NCBI GenBank assembly: GCA_963663635.2
Contig: CAXXMY010000017.1
Location: 91,461 to 155,460, forward strand
Source: Acidimicrobiales bacterium
GTDB taxonomy: Bacteria > Actinomycetota > Acidimicrobiia > Acidimicrobiales > Poriferisodalaceae
DNA: 64,000 bases
Direction: 5' to 3'
How positions within the stretch are numbered: the first letter of the stretch is position 1; each line of letters starts with the position of its first letter. Position numbers and translations under genes: made by a program. The notes under the pieces are model-generated. The model was not told the DNA's origin and made no database searches. It saw only the letters and a list, made by a program, of their open reading frames with translations. This document shows, piece by piece, positions 28,316 to 37,765 of this stretch.

Positions 28316-28420
28316 ATCATACAGAACACGGGTGGCCTGATCGGTCACCTTTGCATGCCGTACTCTGGCGGCGCCCAGAGGCGAATTTCGGTTGCATGCT
28401 TGTCTTTGGAGGGGGTTGGC

Positions 28421-30943
28421 ATGAGCGAGTTTCCTGAAAGGGCCGACTGTGTCGTCATCGGTGCCGGAATCGTTGGCAACTGCTTGGTCGGGCATCTCAG
28501 CGACCTGGGCTGGACTGACATCGTTCTGCTCGACAAGGGACCGCTGCCCAACCCGGGCGGCTCCACTGGCCATGCCTCGAACTTCATCTTCCCGATCGAT
28601 CACTCCAAGGAGATCGTCGATCTCACCGTCGAGAGCCAGCGGCAGTACGAGGCGCTCGGCCTGCAGAACACCTGCGGGGGGCTCGAGGTGGCCCGTTCGC
28701 CTGAACGTCTCGAGGAGTTCCGCCGGCGCATGACCTCGGCCAAGTGCTGGGGGATCGAGTCAGAGCTGCTCACCGTCGACGAGGTCGTCGAGATGGTGCC
28801 CTTCATCGACGCCAGCGTCATTCTGGGCGGGTTCTATACGCCCAGCGTGTCCGCAGTGGACTCCCTGGAAACGGGCACGCAAATGCGCAAGCGGGCCCAG
28901 GACGCTGGGCACCTGTCGGTGCATGCGAATACCGAGGTGCTCGACATCGAGACCGCCCCGGGGCCCAACGGGCCGCGGGTTGCCGCCGTGGTGACCGACA
29001 AGGGGCGCATCGAGTGCTCCACGGTGGCCATCGCCTGCGGCGTGTGGAGCTCCAAGCTCGCGGAGATGGCGGGGGCGACGATCCCGTTGACGCCCGCCGT
29101 GCACCAGATGGTCGATGTCGGCCCCTTCGACGTCCTGGTGGAGACCAATCAAGAGCTGGCCTATCCGATCGTTCGGGACATGGACACGTTCTGCTATGAG
29201 CGTCAATCCGCCGGTTCCATGGAAGTGGGCAGCTACGCCCACCGGCCGATCCTGCACCGCGTCACCGACATACCGTCCAACGAGGAAGCGGCGCTGAGCC
29301 CCACGGAGCTGCCGTTCACGCCCGACGACTTCGACGAACAGCTCGAACAGGCCATCGAGCTGATGGAGTTCCTGGGCGACGGCGAGATCAAATACGCCAT
29401 TAACGGTCTGCTGTCGCTCACGCCCGACGCAGCCCCGGTGCTCGGACCCACTGTCGAGGTGGAGAACCTGTGGTCAGTAGCTGCGGTCTGGGTCAAGGAG
29501 GGCCCGGGCGTCGGCCGCCTGGTCGCCGAGTGGATGACCTACGGCTACCCGCGACTGACCGACCCGCACGGCTCAGATGTGACGAGGTTCTACCGCCAGG
29601 ACCGCAACGTTCACCACATCGAAGCCCGGGCCGACGAGCACTTCAACAAGACGTACGGCATCGTGCACCCCCGTGAGCAATGGGCGAGCCGACGCAATGT
29701 GACGTGCGGTCCCGCCAAGGCTCGCACCGACGACCTCGGCGCGTTCTATTTCGAGGCTGGCGGCTGGGAACGGCCGCACTGGTATGAGTCCAACGCAGAT
29801 CTCGTGGAGCGCTACGGGATCTCGGGACGCACGCACGAATGGGACGCCCGCTGGTGGAGCCCTATCACCGAGGCCGAACACCTGCACCTGCGTGAGCACT
29901 GCGGGCTGGTGGACGTCTCGCCGTTTCAGGTCTTCGAGGTGTCCGGCCCCGGGGTCGTGCCCTACATCGAGCACATGGTGGTCAACAAGTGCGACCTGCC
30001 CGTCGGCCGTTCGATCTACACGCCCGTGCTCACGCCCGATGGCGGATTTCGATCCGACCTCACCATCGTCCGGCTCGCGCAGGACCGGTTCCGCATCGCC
30101 ACCGGTGCGTTCGACGGCGGCCGTGACGAATACTGGTTCCGGCACAACCTGCCCGGCGACGGCGTGGCGTTCGAGAACCGCACCGAGGCGCTCGCTACCT
30201 ATGGCGTGTGGGGACCCAACGCAGTCGCGTTGCTGCAAACCCTGACCGAGACGGATCTCTCACAGGAAGCGTTCGGTTACGGGCAGGTCCGCAACGTCCT
30301 GCTGTCGGGCATCCCGACGCAGATGCTGCGCATCTCCTACGTCGGCGACGCCGGATTCGAGATCTATTGCGCCACCAGCGCCGGCCTGGCGCTGTGGGAC
30401 GCAATCTCGCAGGCCGGGCGAGACTTCGAGCTGCGCCCCGTCGGCGCCGGGGTGTATGGCACCACCGGCCGTCTCGAGAAGGGCTACCGGCTCATGGGCG
30501 CCGAGCTCGAGAGCGAGTACAACCCGGTAGAGGCCGGCCTCGCACGGCCCAAGGTGAAGGCGGCCGACTTCATCGGCAAGGATGCCTACCTTGCCGCACG
30601 CGAGGCAGATCAAGCCGCGGTGCTCGTCATGCTGGCGTTCGAGAGCCTGCAGTGCGCCGATGGCTACGACCGGTTCCCGATGGGAGCAGGCAACGAGCCG
30701 GTGCTGACGCCCGCCGGAGATCGGATCACCGATTCCCACGGGCGAGTCAGCAAGTTGACCACGGCGGGCAACGCTCCGTCCGTTGGCGCCTATCTCGCGA
30801 TGGCCTACCTGCCCACTGAGCTGGCCACGGTCGGCACCGAGCTCGCAGTGATGTACCAGAACGAGCTCTATCCGGTGACAGTTGGCGCCACGGGAGCGAA
30901 CCTGGCACTGTTCGATCCGGCTGACAGCCGGATAAAGGCCTGA
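28421..30943 (+). CDS. dimethylglycine/sarcosine dehydrogenase-like FAD oxidoreductase fused to a GcvT-type folate-binding aminomethyltransferase domain
   Basis: N-terminal VVIGAGIVGN FAD motif. C-terminal GcvT-like region (SPFQVFEVSGP, YTPVLTPDGG, GDAGFEIY). 840 aa. ATG 28421 is preceded by GGAGGGGG. The first 462 codons of the 1302-aa ORF in the track are antisense to fhs. Confidence 0.85.
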   Translation: MSEFPERADCVVIGAGIVGNCLVGHLSDLGWTDIVLLDKGPLPNPGGSTGHASNFIFPIDHSKEIVDLTVESQRQYEALGLQNTCGGLEVARSPERLEEFRRRMTSAKCWGIESELLTVDEVVEMVPFIDASVILGGFYTPSVSAVDSLETGTQMRKRAQDAGHLSVHANTEVLDIETAPGPNGPRVAAVVTDKGRIECSTVAIACGVWSSKLAEMAGATIPLTPAVHQMVDVGPFDVLVETNQELAYPIVRDMDTFCYERQSAGSMEVGSYAHRPILHRVTDIPSNEEAALSPTELPFTPDDFDEQLEQAIELMEFLGDGEIKYAINGLLSLTPDAAPVLGPTVEVENLWSVAAVWVKEGPGVGRLVAEWMTYGYPRLTDPHGSDVTRFYRQDRNVHHIEARADEHFNKTYGIVHPREQWASRRNVTCGPAKARTDDLGAFYFEAGGWERPHWYESNADLVERYGISGRTHEWDARWWSPITEAEHLHLREHCGLVDVSPFQVFEVSGPGVVPYIEHMVVNKCDLPVGRSIYTPVLTPDGGFRSDLTIVRLAQDRFRIATGAFDGGRDEYWFRHNLPGDGVAFENRTEALATYGVWGPNAVALLQTLTETDLSQEAFGYGQVRNVLLSGIPTQMLRISYVGDAGFEIYCATSAGLALWDAISQAGRDFELRPVGAGVYGTTGRLEKGYRLMGAELESEYNPVEAGLARPKVKAADFIGKDAYLAAREADQAAVLVMLAFESLQCADGYDRFPMGAGNEPVLTPAGDRITDSHGRVSKLTTAGNAPSVGAYLAMAYLPTELATVGTELAVMYQNELYPVTVGATGANLALFDPADSRIKA

Positions 30944-30957
30944 ACGGGTAGGCGAGC

Positions 30958-31761
30958 ATGCGCATCCTGGTCTGCGTGAAGCGAGTCCCGTCGCCGGGAT
31001 CGCGCATCAACGTGACCGACGACGGCCAGCAGGTGGACTCCGCGCATCTCGGCTTCACCACAAGCCCGCACGAGGAATGCGCTGTCGAGGAAGCGGTGCA
31101 GCTCATCGAGCGTGTCACCGCCAGCGACAGCGACAACAACGAAGACCACGCAGTTGTGGTGCTCACGCTCGGGCCCGAAGCCGCTGGCGAGCAGCTGCGC
31201 TACGCGGCGAGCGTCGGGGCCACGGGCTTCGCGCTCGTCGAAGCGGAAGGCGGCCTGGATTGGGACCCCCAACGGACCGCGACTGCGATCACTGGCGCGG
31301 TGCGGTCACTGGAAGCCGATGAAGGCCCGTTCGACCTCATCCTGTTCGGCAATGAATCGGCCGACGGCGGCAACTTCCAGGTCGGCATCAGGGTGGCGCA
31401 TGCGCTCGGTCGTCCCATCGTGAACGGCATCAAGGGCATCGACTCGCGGCCCGACGGCGGCTTTGTCGCACGGCGAGAGACCGACGCCGGCTACGAGGTC
31501 TACGAGCTCGATGCTCCGTGCGCCCTCGGCGTCAAGGAAGGCATCAACCTGCCCCGGTATCCGACGATGAAGGGGCGGCTGGCATCGCGCAAAGCCCACA
31601 TCGCGACGCTCGACAGCGCAAGCGCGGCTGCTGCGGGCGGACAGACGCGTGTGCGGCTCCACCGACCGCCCGAACGCGCGAGCACGACCGTTGTGCTGGG
31701 CGACAGCGCAGCAGCGGCCCCCGCCGTTGTGGACCTGCTTGATGAGCTCGGTGTGCTGTGA
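30958..31761 (+). CDS. etfB: electron transfer flavoprotein subunit beta
   Basis: MRILVCVKRVP start and overall EtfB pattern. Confidence 0.9.
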   Translation: MRILVCVKRVPSPGSRINVTDDGQQVDSAHLGFTTSPHEECAVEEAVQLIERVTASDSDNNEDHAVVVLTLGPEAAGEQLRYAASVGATGFALVEAEGGLDWDPQRTATAITGAVRSLEADEGPFDLILFGNESADGGNFQVGIRVAHALGRPIVNGIKGIDSRPDGGFVARRETDAGYEVYELDAPCALGVKEGINLPRYPTMKGRLASRKAHIATLDSASAAAAGGQTRVRLHRPPERASTTVVLGDSAAAAPAVVDLLDELGVL

Positions 31762-32759
31762 CCGGTGTTGCCGTCCTCGTGGACCACGACCGAGGGACCC
31801 TCTCGGGAGGCGCCCTCGAAGCACTCACCGCTGCACGCTCGCTCGCGCAAGCGCTCGAAACGACCGTCGAAGCGGTGGTGCTCGGCGATACGGCGCTGTT
31901 CGAATCGCATGGGGCCGATCTTGTGGCCGCATGCGGCGCATACGGCGCTTCCGTCGTGCACCGTGGCATCGGTGACCTGCTCGCTGACTACGGACCCGAT
32001 GCCTGGGGCGCAGCGCTCAGTTCGTTCGTGGAGGCCGAGCGGCCTGTCGCGGTGACCTCGGTGGGCACCGACCGCGGCGCAGAGGCCATGGCACAGCTGG
32101 CCGCCCGGGCCGACCTGCCGCTGGTCGCCAACTGCGTGACGGTCACGCCCGCTGCGCAGAACTGGCAGATCACGCGCGTCCAATGGGGCGGTTCGCTGCT
32201 CGAGGACGTGACCCTCGAGGCGTCATTGCCGCTGGTGACCTTTGCGCACCATTCGGTCGAGGCTGAACCTGCCGACAATGCTGACGAGCCCACAGTGCGC
32301 GACTTCGAACCCGAACTGGGCCCCGACGCGGAACGAACGCTGGTACGCGACCGGGTGACGCTGACCGAAGGCGTGACGCTGGCGACCGCCTCAGTGGTGG
32401 TCTCGGGGGGGCGCGGCGTGGGATCAGCCGACGGTTTCGCCGCACTTGAGGAACTGGCTGAGCTGCTCGGCGGTCGCGTCGGGTGTTCGCGCGCGGTCAC
32501 CAACAACGGGTGGCGCAATCACGCCGATCAGGTGGGACAGACCGGCACCCGCATCGCGCCCGAGATCTACATAGCGTGCGGCATCTCGGGTGCCATCCAG
32601 CACTGGGTCGGCGCCATGGGCTCGAAGAACATCCTGGCGATCAACATCGATCCCGAAGCCAACATGGTCACCAAGGCCGGGTACGCGGTGATCGCGGACC
32701 TGCACAAGGTTGTGCCAGCCGTCTGCGACGAAATCAGGCGCCGCCGCGACCGCCCGTGA
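31758..32759 (+). CDS. etfA: electron transfer flavoprotein subunit alpha
   Basis: C-terminal FAD-binding block YIACGISGAIQHWVGAMGSKNILAINIDPEA. Its GTG start overlaps the etfB stop (GTGA). Confidence 0.9.
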   Translation: MTGVAVLVDHDRGTLSGGALEALTAARSLAQALETTVEAVVLGDTALFESHGADLVAACGAYGASVVHRGIGDLLADYGPDAWGAALSSFVEAERPVAVTSVGTDRGAEAMAQLAARADLPLVANCVTVTPAAQNWQITRVQWGGSLLEDVTLEASLPLVTFAHHSVEAEPADNADEPTVRDFEPELGPDAERTLVRDRVTLTEGVTLATASVVVSGGRGVGSADGFAALEELAELLGGRVGCSRAVTNNGWRNHADQVGQTGTRIAPEIYIACGISGAIQHWVGAMGSKNILAINIDPEANMVTKAGYAVIADLHKVVPAVCDEIRRRRDRP

Positions 32760-32770
32760 TTGCCGGCGGC

Positions 32771-32794
32771 GCGCAGAGGTCACGACCTGCGCGG
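32771..32794 (+). terminator. 7-bp hairpin just after etfA (candidate terminator)
   Basis: cgcgcag-aggtcacgac-ctgcgcg. No U-tract. Confidence 0.3.
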
Positions 32795-32906
32795 TGACGG
32801 CACTTGCTTCCCGCTCTAGTTCGCTGCGCTCACGGGCCGCTCGGGCCACGGCCTCGCTGCCGATCGCTTTGTGCGCCCGCCTTTCGCTGCGGTTCCGCTC
32901 GGCCTC

Positions 32907-33662
32907 CTACGGGCGGGCCAGTGCCCGACCCGAGAGGTGGTTGGAGAGGTTTGCTGCGGCTTCGATGAGTGCGAGGCCGATGTCGTGGGTTCGGTTCGGG
33001 TCGGGAAACCGGTAGGCCGGGCCGTGGACGTGCAGTGCGGCGACGACCTCGCCGTCAGCGTCAAACACGGGTGCCGCCACCGAGTTGATACCAGGTGCGA
33101 ACTCCTCGTACACCCAGACGTAACCGGCGCTGCGAACCTGAGTCAGCCGTACTGCGAGCGCAGCGGCATCGGTCACGCTGTTCGCAGTGGTGGCCTCCAG
33201 CCCGCCGGCTACGTACTGCGCAATGACGTCTTCGGGCAAATGGGCCAGCCACACCAGTCCGGAGGGCACGAGGTGCATCGGGCAGTACTCGCCGATCCAC
33301 GAGCGCACCTGCACTTCGGATTCGTGCTCTACCTGGTCGAGGTAGTACACGGTCCGGTCCACACGAACGCTGACGCCTGCGGTCTCGGCCATCTGGTTGA
33401 CAAGGCCATGCAGGTGGGGTCGTGCCGCAACCACAAGGCCTCGCTCATCGCCAGAGGCACCCACGATGTCGATGAGTCCCGGGCCGATCCGGTAATCCCC
33501 GCCCGCGTCGTCCTGGGCCACCGCGCCGACGGCTTCCAATGACGTCAGCAGCCGCGCGACGGTGCTCTTCGGCAGGCCGACCTGATCGGCTACGTCGGTG
33601 ACGCCCTGCGGACCGACAGCCAATGCCCGCAGAACCGCAAATGCGCGACAAATCGACTGCAC
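32907..33662 (-). CDS. IclR family transcriptional regulator
   Basis: N-terminal wHTH (SICRAFAVLRAL....GVTDVADQVGLPKSTVARLLTSL) and a C-terminal IclR effector domain of about 250 aa in total length. Confidence 0.85.
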   Translation of the reverse strand: MQSICRAFAVLRALAVGPQGVTDVADQVGLPKSTVARLLTSLEAVGAVAQDDAGGDYRIGPGLIDIVGASGDERGLVVAARPHLHGLVNQMAETAGVSVRVDRTVYYLDQVEHESEVQVRSWIGEYCPMHLVPSGLVWLAHLPEDVIAQYVAGGLEATTANSVTDAAALAVRLTQVRSAGYVWVYEEFAPGINSVAAPVFDADGEVVAALHVHGPAYRFPDPNRTHDIGLALIEAAANLSNHLSGRALARP

Positions 33663-33737
33663 CGCCTCAAAGCTAGCCCTTGCGCGGTCGGCATTCGACA
33701 GAAGTGCTCTCGGTTGGTGTCTCGCGTGCCGTATTGT

Positions 33738-33760
33738 GGAACTGTTCTGCTCAGCGGAAC
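33738..33760. promoter_or_regulatory. operator candidate in the iclR / formate dehydrogenase divergent promoter (site 2 of 3)
   Basis: ggaactgttctgctcagcggaac. The preceding attgtggaactgt (33733-33745) is identical to 49286-49298. Confidence 0.6.
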
Positions 33761-33866
33761 GCTATGAGGGCGACTAGGCTTCAGGCTGGAGCCGGAGCCG
33801 TACGATCTGGTTTTGCAGAGCATTCATTGGGGGCAATCAGTGAGGGCTTTGCACTCGGGAGGGACG

Positions 33867-35855
33867 ATGCCACGCCGAACCACTCGGCGGCGAGACAGCC
33901 GCAACGAAGCGCTGCCTCGGCTGGAAACGCCACTCGTACGAGACGGCGGCGTGTTGCGTCAGGCGACTTGGGCTGATGCCCTCGATCAGGCTGCAACGGG
34001 CCTCGGGGCCGCCACCCAGCAGCACGGTGCAGGCGGCGTCGGCATGTTCTCGTGCTCGAAGAGCACCAACGAGATGAACTACGCAGCCCAGAAGTTCATG
34101 CGGACGGTGCTGCGCTCCAACAACATCGACTCGTGTAATCGCACCTGACACGCTCCGTCCGTCGTCGGTCTGGCGACAGTGTTCGGTCTCGGAGGCGGGA
34201 CGTGCTCCTACCAAGAGATCACCGAGACCGATCTGGTTCTGCTGTGGGGCTCAAATGCCCGCGAAGCACACCCGATCTTCTTTCACCACCTCATGCGGGG
34301 GCTCGACCGCGGCGCCGCGATGTTCGCGATCGACCCGCGCCGAACCTCGTCGGCGGAGTTCGCCGATGTCTGGCTCGGCATCGACGTCGGCAGCGACATC
34401 GCACTGGCGAACGCCGCGGGCCGAGAGATCATCAGCGCTGGTCTGCACAATCGCGAGTTCATCGATCGGGCCACCACCGGCTTTGACGCGTATGCCGCGT
34501 CGGTAGAGGAATACACGCTTGACGAAGGCGAGCGCCGCACGGGCGTCCCCGCCGACGTCATTGCCGAGATGGCACATGCCTATGCCACCGCGCCCACAGC
34601 GCAGATCCTGTGGACACTCGGCATCACCGAGCACCACACCGCCGTGGAGAACGTGCTGTCGCTGTGCAATCTGGCTCTGCTGACCGGCCACGTGGGCCGC
34701 CGCGGCTCGGGTTTGGTGCCGCTGCGAGGTCAGAACAACGTCCAAGGCGGTGGCGACATGGGCGCGCTGCCCGACCGACTGCCCGGATTCCAATCCCTGA
34801 CGGACGCCGATGTTCGGGCGAAGTTCGAGGCCAGCTGGGGCTGCGAGCTGAATCCGGTGCCCGGCAACCACCTCACCAAGATGTTCGAGGCCATGGAGGA
34901 CGGCGAGCTGCGGGCGCTCTACGTCATCGGAGAGAACCCCGCCGACTCCGAGGCCAACGTGGCCCACGCCCGCAAGCTGCTCGAAGGCCTCGACTTCCTC
35001 GTCGTGCAGGACATCTCCTTGACGCGCACCGCACGCATGGCCGACGTGGTACTGCCCGCCGCAGCCGGCTGGTCGTCATCTGAAGGCACCGTCACCTCGT
35101 CGGAGCGACGAGTGCAGCGGGTGCGTGCTGCGGTGCCGCCCCAAGGCGACGCCCGCGACGATGTGCAGATCATCGGCGATCTGGCTCGGCGGATGGGTGC
35201 TCCGTGGCCGGCCGCGTCGGCCGCAGAGCTGTGGGAAGAACTGCGCTCGCTGTCGCCGATGCACGGTGGCATGACCTGGGAGCGGTTGGAGTCCGAGGGC
35301 GGCCTGCAATGGCCGTGCCCTGATGAGGAGCACCCGGGCACCGAGTTCCTGCACGCGTGGCTCTGGGAGCCCGACCTTGCAGGGCACGAACCCGCGCCGT
35401 TCACGCTCAACGAAGATCGGCCTCCTGCTGAGTCTCTCAGCGAGGAGTTCCCGCTTCGCCTGACAACCGGCCGTGTGCTCGACTCCTACAACACCGGTGC
35501 ACAGTCCGCCGGCTATCCCTCACCGATCAGATCGGGCACTGCCATCGAGTTGAGCCGTGCTGATGCTGCGACCTACGGAATCGCGGACGGGGATTCGGTG
35601 CGAGTCACCTCTCCTCGGGGCTCGGTGGTCATGGAGGCATCCATCACTGCCAGCGTGCGCCCAGGACTCGTGTTCACGACGTTCCATTTCCCCGAGCTCG
35701 TGGACCTGAACGTGCTGACCAACGACGTGTGGGACCCACGCAGCGGCACGGCTGAATTCAAGGCGGCTGCGGTGCGCATCGAACCGCTGTCGAGCGCGGC
35801 CAGCCAACGAACTGGCGGCGGAACGAGTGCAGCAGCAGGTGGTGGCGGTGGCTGA
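33867..35855 (+). CDS. fdhA: formate dehydrogenase catalytic (molybdopterin) subunit, C-terminal portion of a canonical FdsA/FdhA, with in-frame TGA 34146-34148 read as selenocysteine
   Basis: ORFs 33813-34148 and 34179-35855 share one frame and are separated only by the TGA. The context NNIDSCNRT-U-HAPSVVGLATVFG aligns with E. coli FdhF NNVDCCARV-U-HGPSVAGL. The downstream molybdopterin-oxidoreductase blocks are intact. ATG 33867 is preceded by GGGAGGGA. Confidence 0.8.
34161..34177 (+). promoter_or_regulatory. SECIS-like hairpin 12 nt downstream of the UGA
   Basis: GUCG-U-C GGUCU(G) G-CGAC forms a stem with a bulged U and a GGUCU apical loop. This is the same architecture as the E. coli fdhF SECIS apex (GGU-U-GC AGGUCU GCACC). 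Confidence 0.6.
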
Positions 35856-37755
35856 CCTGCGTTTCTCCGACGCCGAGCCCACTGCGACAGAACGCCGAGC
35901 AGTGATGGAGGCGCTCGAGACTGCGACCGACAACGGGATGTCCGCACAGTATTCCCCGCAGCCCGCACCGGCGCCCGGTAAGCCCACAATGGCCCAGAGC
36001 GAGATTGCGAACGGGTCGGTGTCGCCTTCAGGTGAGATGCGATCTGGCGTCGCGGCCGTTGTGGTCGTGCACCCGCGTGTGGTGCGAGGCGGAACCCGGC
36101 GGCGCAAGCGGCTGCGGCACCTGCTGTTGCCGGCGCTGCACGCCTTGCAACGGGAGGCGGGGTGGATCTCCCCAGGCGGGCTGAACTTCGTGGGACGCCA
36201 GCTTGGAGTGCCCCCGGCCGAGGCCTATGGCGTCGCAACGTTCTACGACATGTTCGCCACAGAGCAGCCCACGCATGCTGAGAGTGTCTGTCACGTGTGC
36301 GTCGACCCGATCTGCGCGCTCGCCGGTGCGAGCGATCTAGCGGAGCAATTGCGCTCGCAAGGCCGCCAAGTCCATCTCGGGCCGTGCCTGGGCCAGTGTG
36401 AGCGTGCTCCCGCCACGTTCATCCAAGGCCGCGGCGAACCTGACCGGGTGCCTGCCGATGCCAATGAGTCGAATTCGCTCGTTGCAAGCGTGACAGCGGA
36501 CGCTCCCGGCGCCCCGTCTCTGCTGCGACGCATGCTCACCGACGATGTGGGCCGGCCGCCTTCTGCTGAGAGCTTCACCATGGACGCCTACCAGCTGCGC
36601 GGCGGGGGAGAGGCCCTCACGGCGGCGCTGCGAATGGGCCCCGACGACGTCATCTCTGCGGTCACCGCTGCTGGACTCTCGGGCCGCGGGGGTGCTGCGT
36701 TCCCCACCGGCATCAAATGGCGAGCGGTTGCAGACGGCAGCGGCCCGAAGCATGTCGTGGCCAACATCGACGAATCAGAGCCTGGCACGTTCAAGGATCG
36801 GCTGTTGTGCGAACGCGATCCGCTGGCCGTGATCGAGTCGATTGCGGTCGCAGGCTTGGTGGTGGGCGCAGAGCACGGATGGATCTACATCCGGGGCGAG
36901 TACCCGCTGGCCACCCAGCGCCTCCGAGAGGCCATCACCGCCGCACGTGTGCACGGCTGGCTTGGCGACGACGCCGCAGGCTCGGGCCAGCGCTTCGACA
37001 TCGAGCTGCGCAGAGGCGCCGGCGCCTATATCTGTGGCGAGGAAACGGCCCTGTTCAACTCACTCGAAGGATTCCGGGGCGAGCCTCGCAACAAGCCTCC
37101 GTTCCCGACCACGAACGGGCTGTTCGGTCGACCGACCGTGGTCAACAATCCCGAGACGCTGCTCAATGTGTCCGAGATTCTCAGAATCGGCCCCGATGGG
37201 TATCGCAGCGTGGGAACGCAAGGCTCGCCGGGCGCGAAGCTGTTCTGCCTGTCGGGGCATATCGGCCGCCCAGGGCTGTACGAGGCGCCGTTCGGCATGC
37301 GGCTCGGCGATCTGCTGGAACTGGCCCACGGAGTGCAGGGCACGCTGCGAGCGGTGCTGCTCGGCGGTGCGGCCGGGAGCTTCGTGGGGCCAGAGGCGCT
37401 GGAGCTGCCGCTGTCGCTCGAGGACACCCGCGCTGCGGGAACGACGCTGGGCTCGGGACCGGTGATGGTGTTCAATGACAGTGCCGACATGAGCGCTGTG
37501 GTGCAGCGGTTGGCGCAGTTCTTTCGGGACGAGTCGTGCGGACAGTGCGTGCCGTGCCGTGTCGGAACGGTGCGCCAGCACGAGATCGTCACCCGCATTC
37601 GCGACAGGGGCGCCGCATCGGGGCGTGAACTCGAATTGATCTCCGACATCGCAGCCGCGATGGGAGACGCCTCGATATGCGGCCTCGGCCACACCGCAGC
37701 GTCCGCCGTGGTCTCGGCGCTGCGGCTCGGCTTGCTGGAGGATGCAACGACATGA
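35827..37755 (+). CDS. fused NuoE-like (2Fe-2S) and NuoF-like (FMN/NAD/4Fe-4S) diaphorase subunit of NAD-dependent formate dehydrogenase (FdsG-FdsB fusion)
   Basis: NuoE block: YGVATFYDMF ... CVDPIC ... GPCLGQCERAP. NuoF blocks: GLSGRGGAAFPTGIKW, ESEPGTFKDR, CGQCVPCRVG. Candidate GTG starts lie at 35827-35848 and overlap the upstream stop. Confidence 0.85.
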   Translation: MQQQVVAVADLRFSDAEPTATERRAVMEALETATDNGMSAQYSPQPAPAPGKPTMAQSEIANGSVSPSGEMRSGVAAVVVVHPRVVRGGTRRRKRLRHLLLPALHALQREAGWISPGGLNFVGRQLGVPPAEAYGVATFYDMFATEQPTHAESVCHVCVDPICALAGASDLAEQLRSQGRQVHLGPCLGQCERAPATFIQGRGEPDRVPADANESNSLVASVTADAPGAPSLLRRMLTDDVGRPPSAESFTMDAYQLRGGGEALTAALRMGPDDVISAVTAAGLSGRGGAAFPTGIKWRAVADGSGPKHVVANIDESEPGTFKDRLLCERDPLAVIESIAVAGLVVGAEHGWIYIRGEYPLATQRLREAITAARVHGWLGDDAAGSGQRFDIELRRGAGAYICGEETALFNSLEGFRGEPRNKPPFPTTNGLFGRPTVVNNPETLLNVSEILRIGPDGYRSVGTQGSPGAKLFCLSGHIGRPGLYEAPFGMRLGDLLELAHGVQGTLRAVLLGGAAGSFVGPEALELPLSLEDTRAAGTTLGSGPVMVFNDSADMSAVVQRLAQFFRDESCGQCVPCRVGTVRQHEIVTRIRDRGAASGRELELISDIAAAMGDASICGLGHTAASAVVSALRLGLLEDATT

Positions 37756-37765
37756 GCACACCCCG

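Noticed and set aside
27035-30943. 1302-aa ORF suggesting a giant protein
   Set aside because: The first 462 codons are antisense to the well-supported fhs gene and have no recognisable motifs. The dehydrogenase homology, the RBS (GGAGGGGG) and the FAD motif all begin at ATG 28421.
33813-35855. Reading the FDH catalytic gene as a pseudogene or as two separate ORFs (33813-34148 and 34179-35855)
   Set aside because: The single interrupting codon is TGA at exactly the Sec/Cys active-site position. It is followed by an fdhF-like hairpin, and the rest of the gene is intact. Selenocysteine recoding is the simpler explanation.
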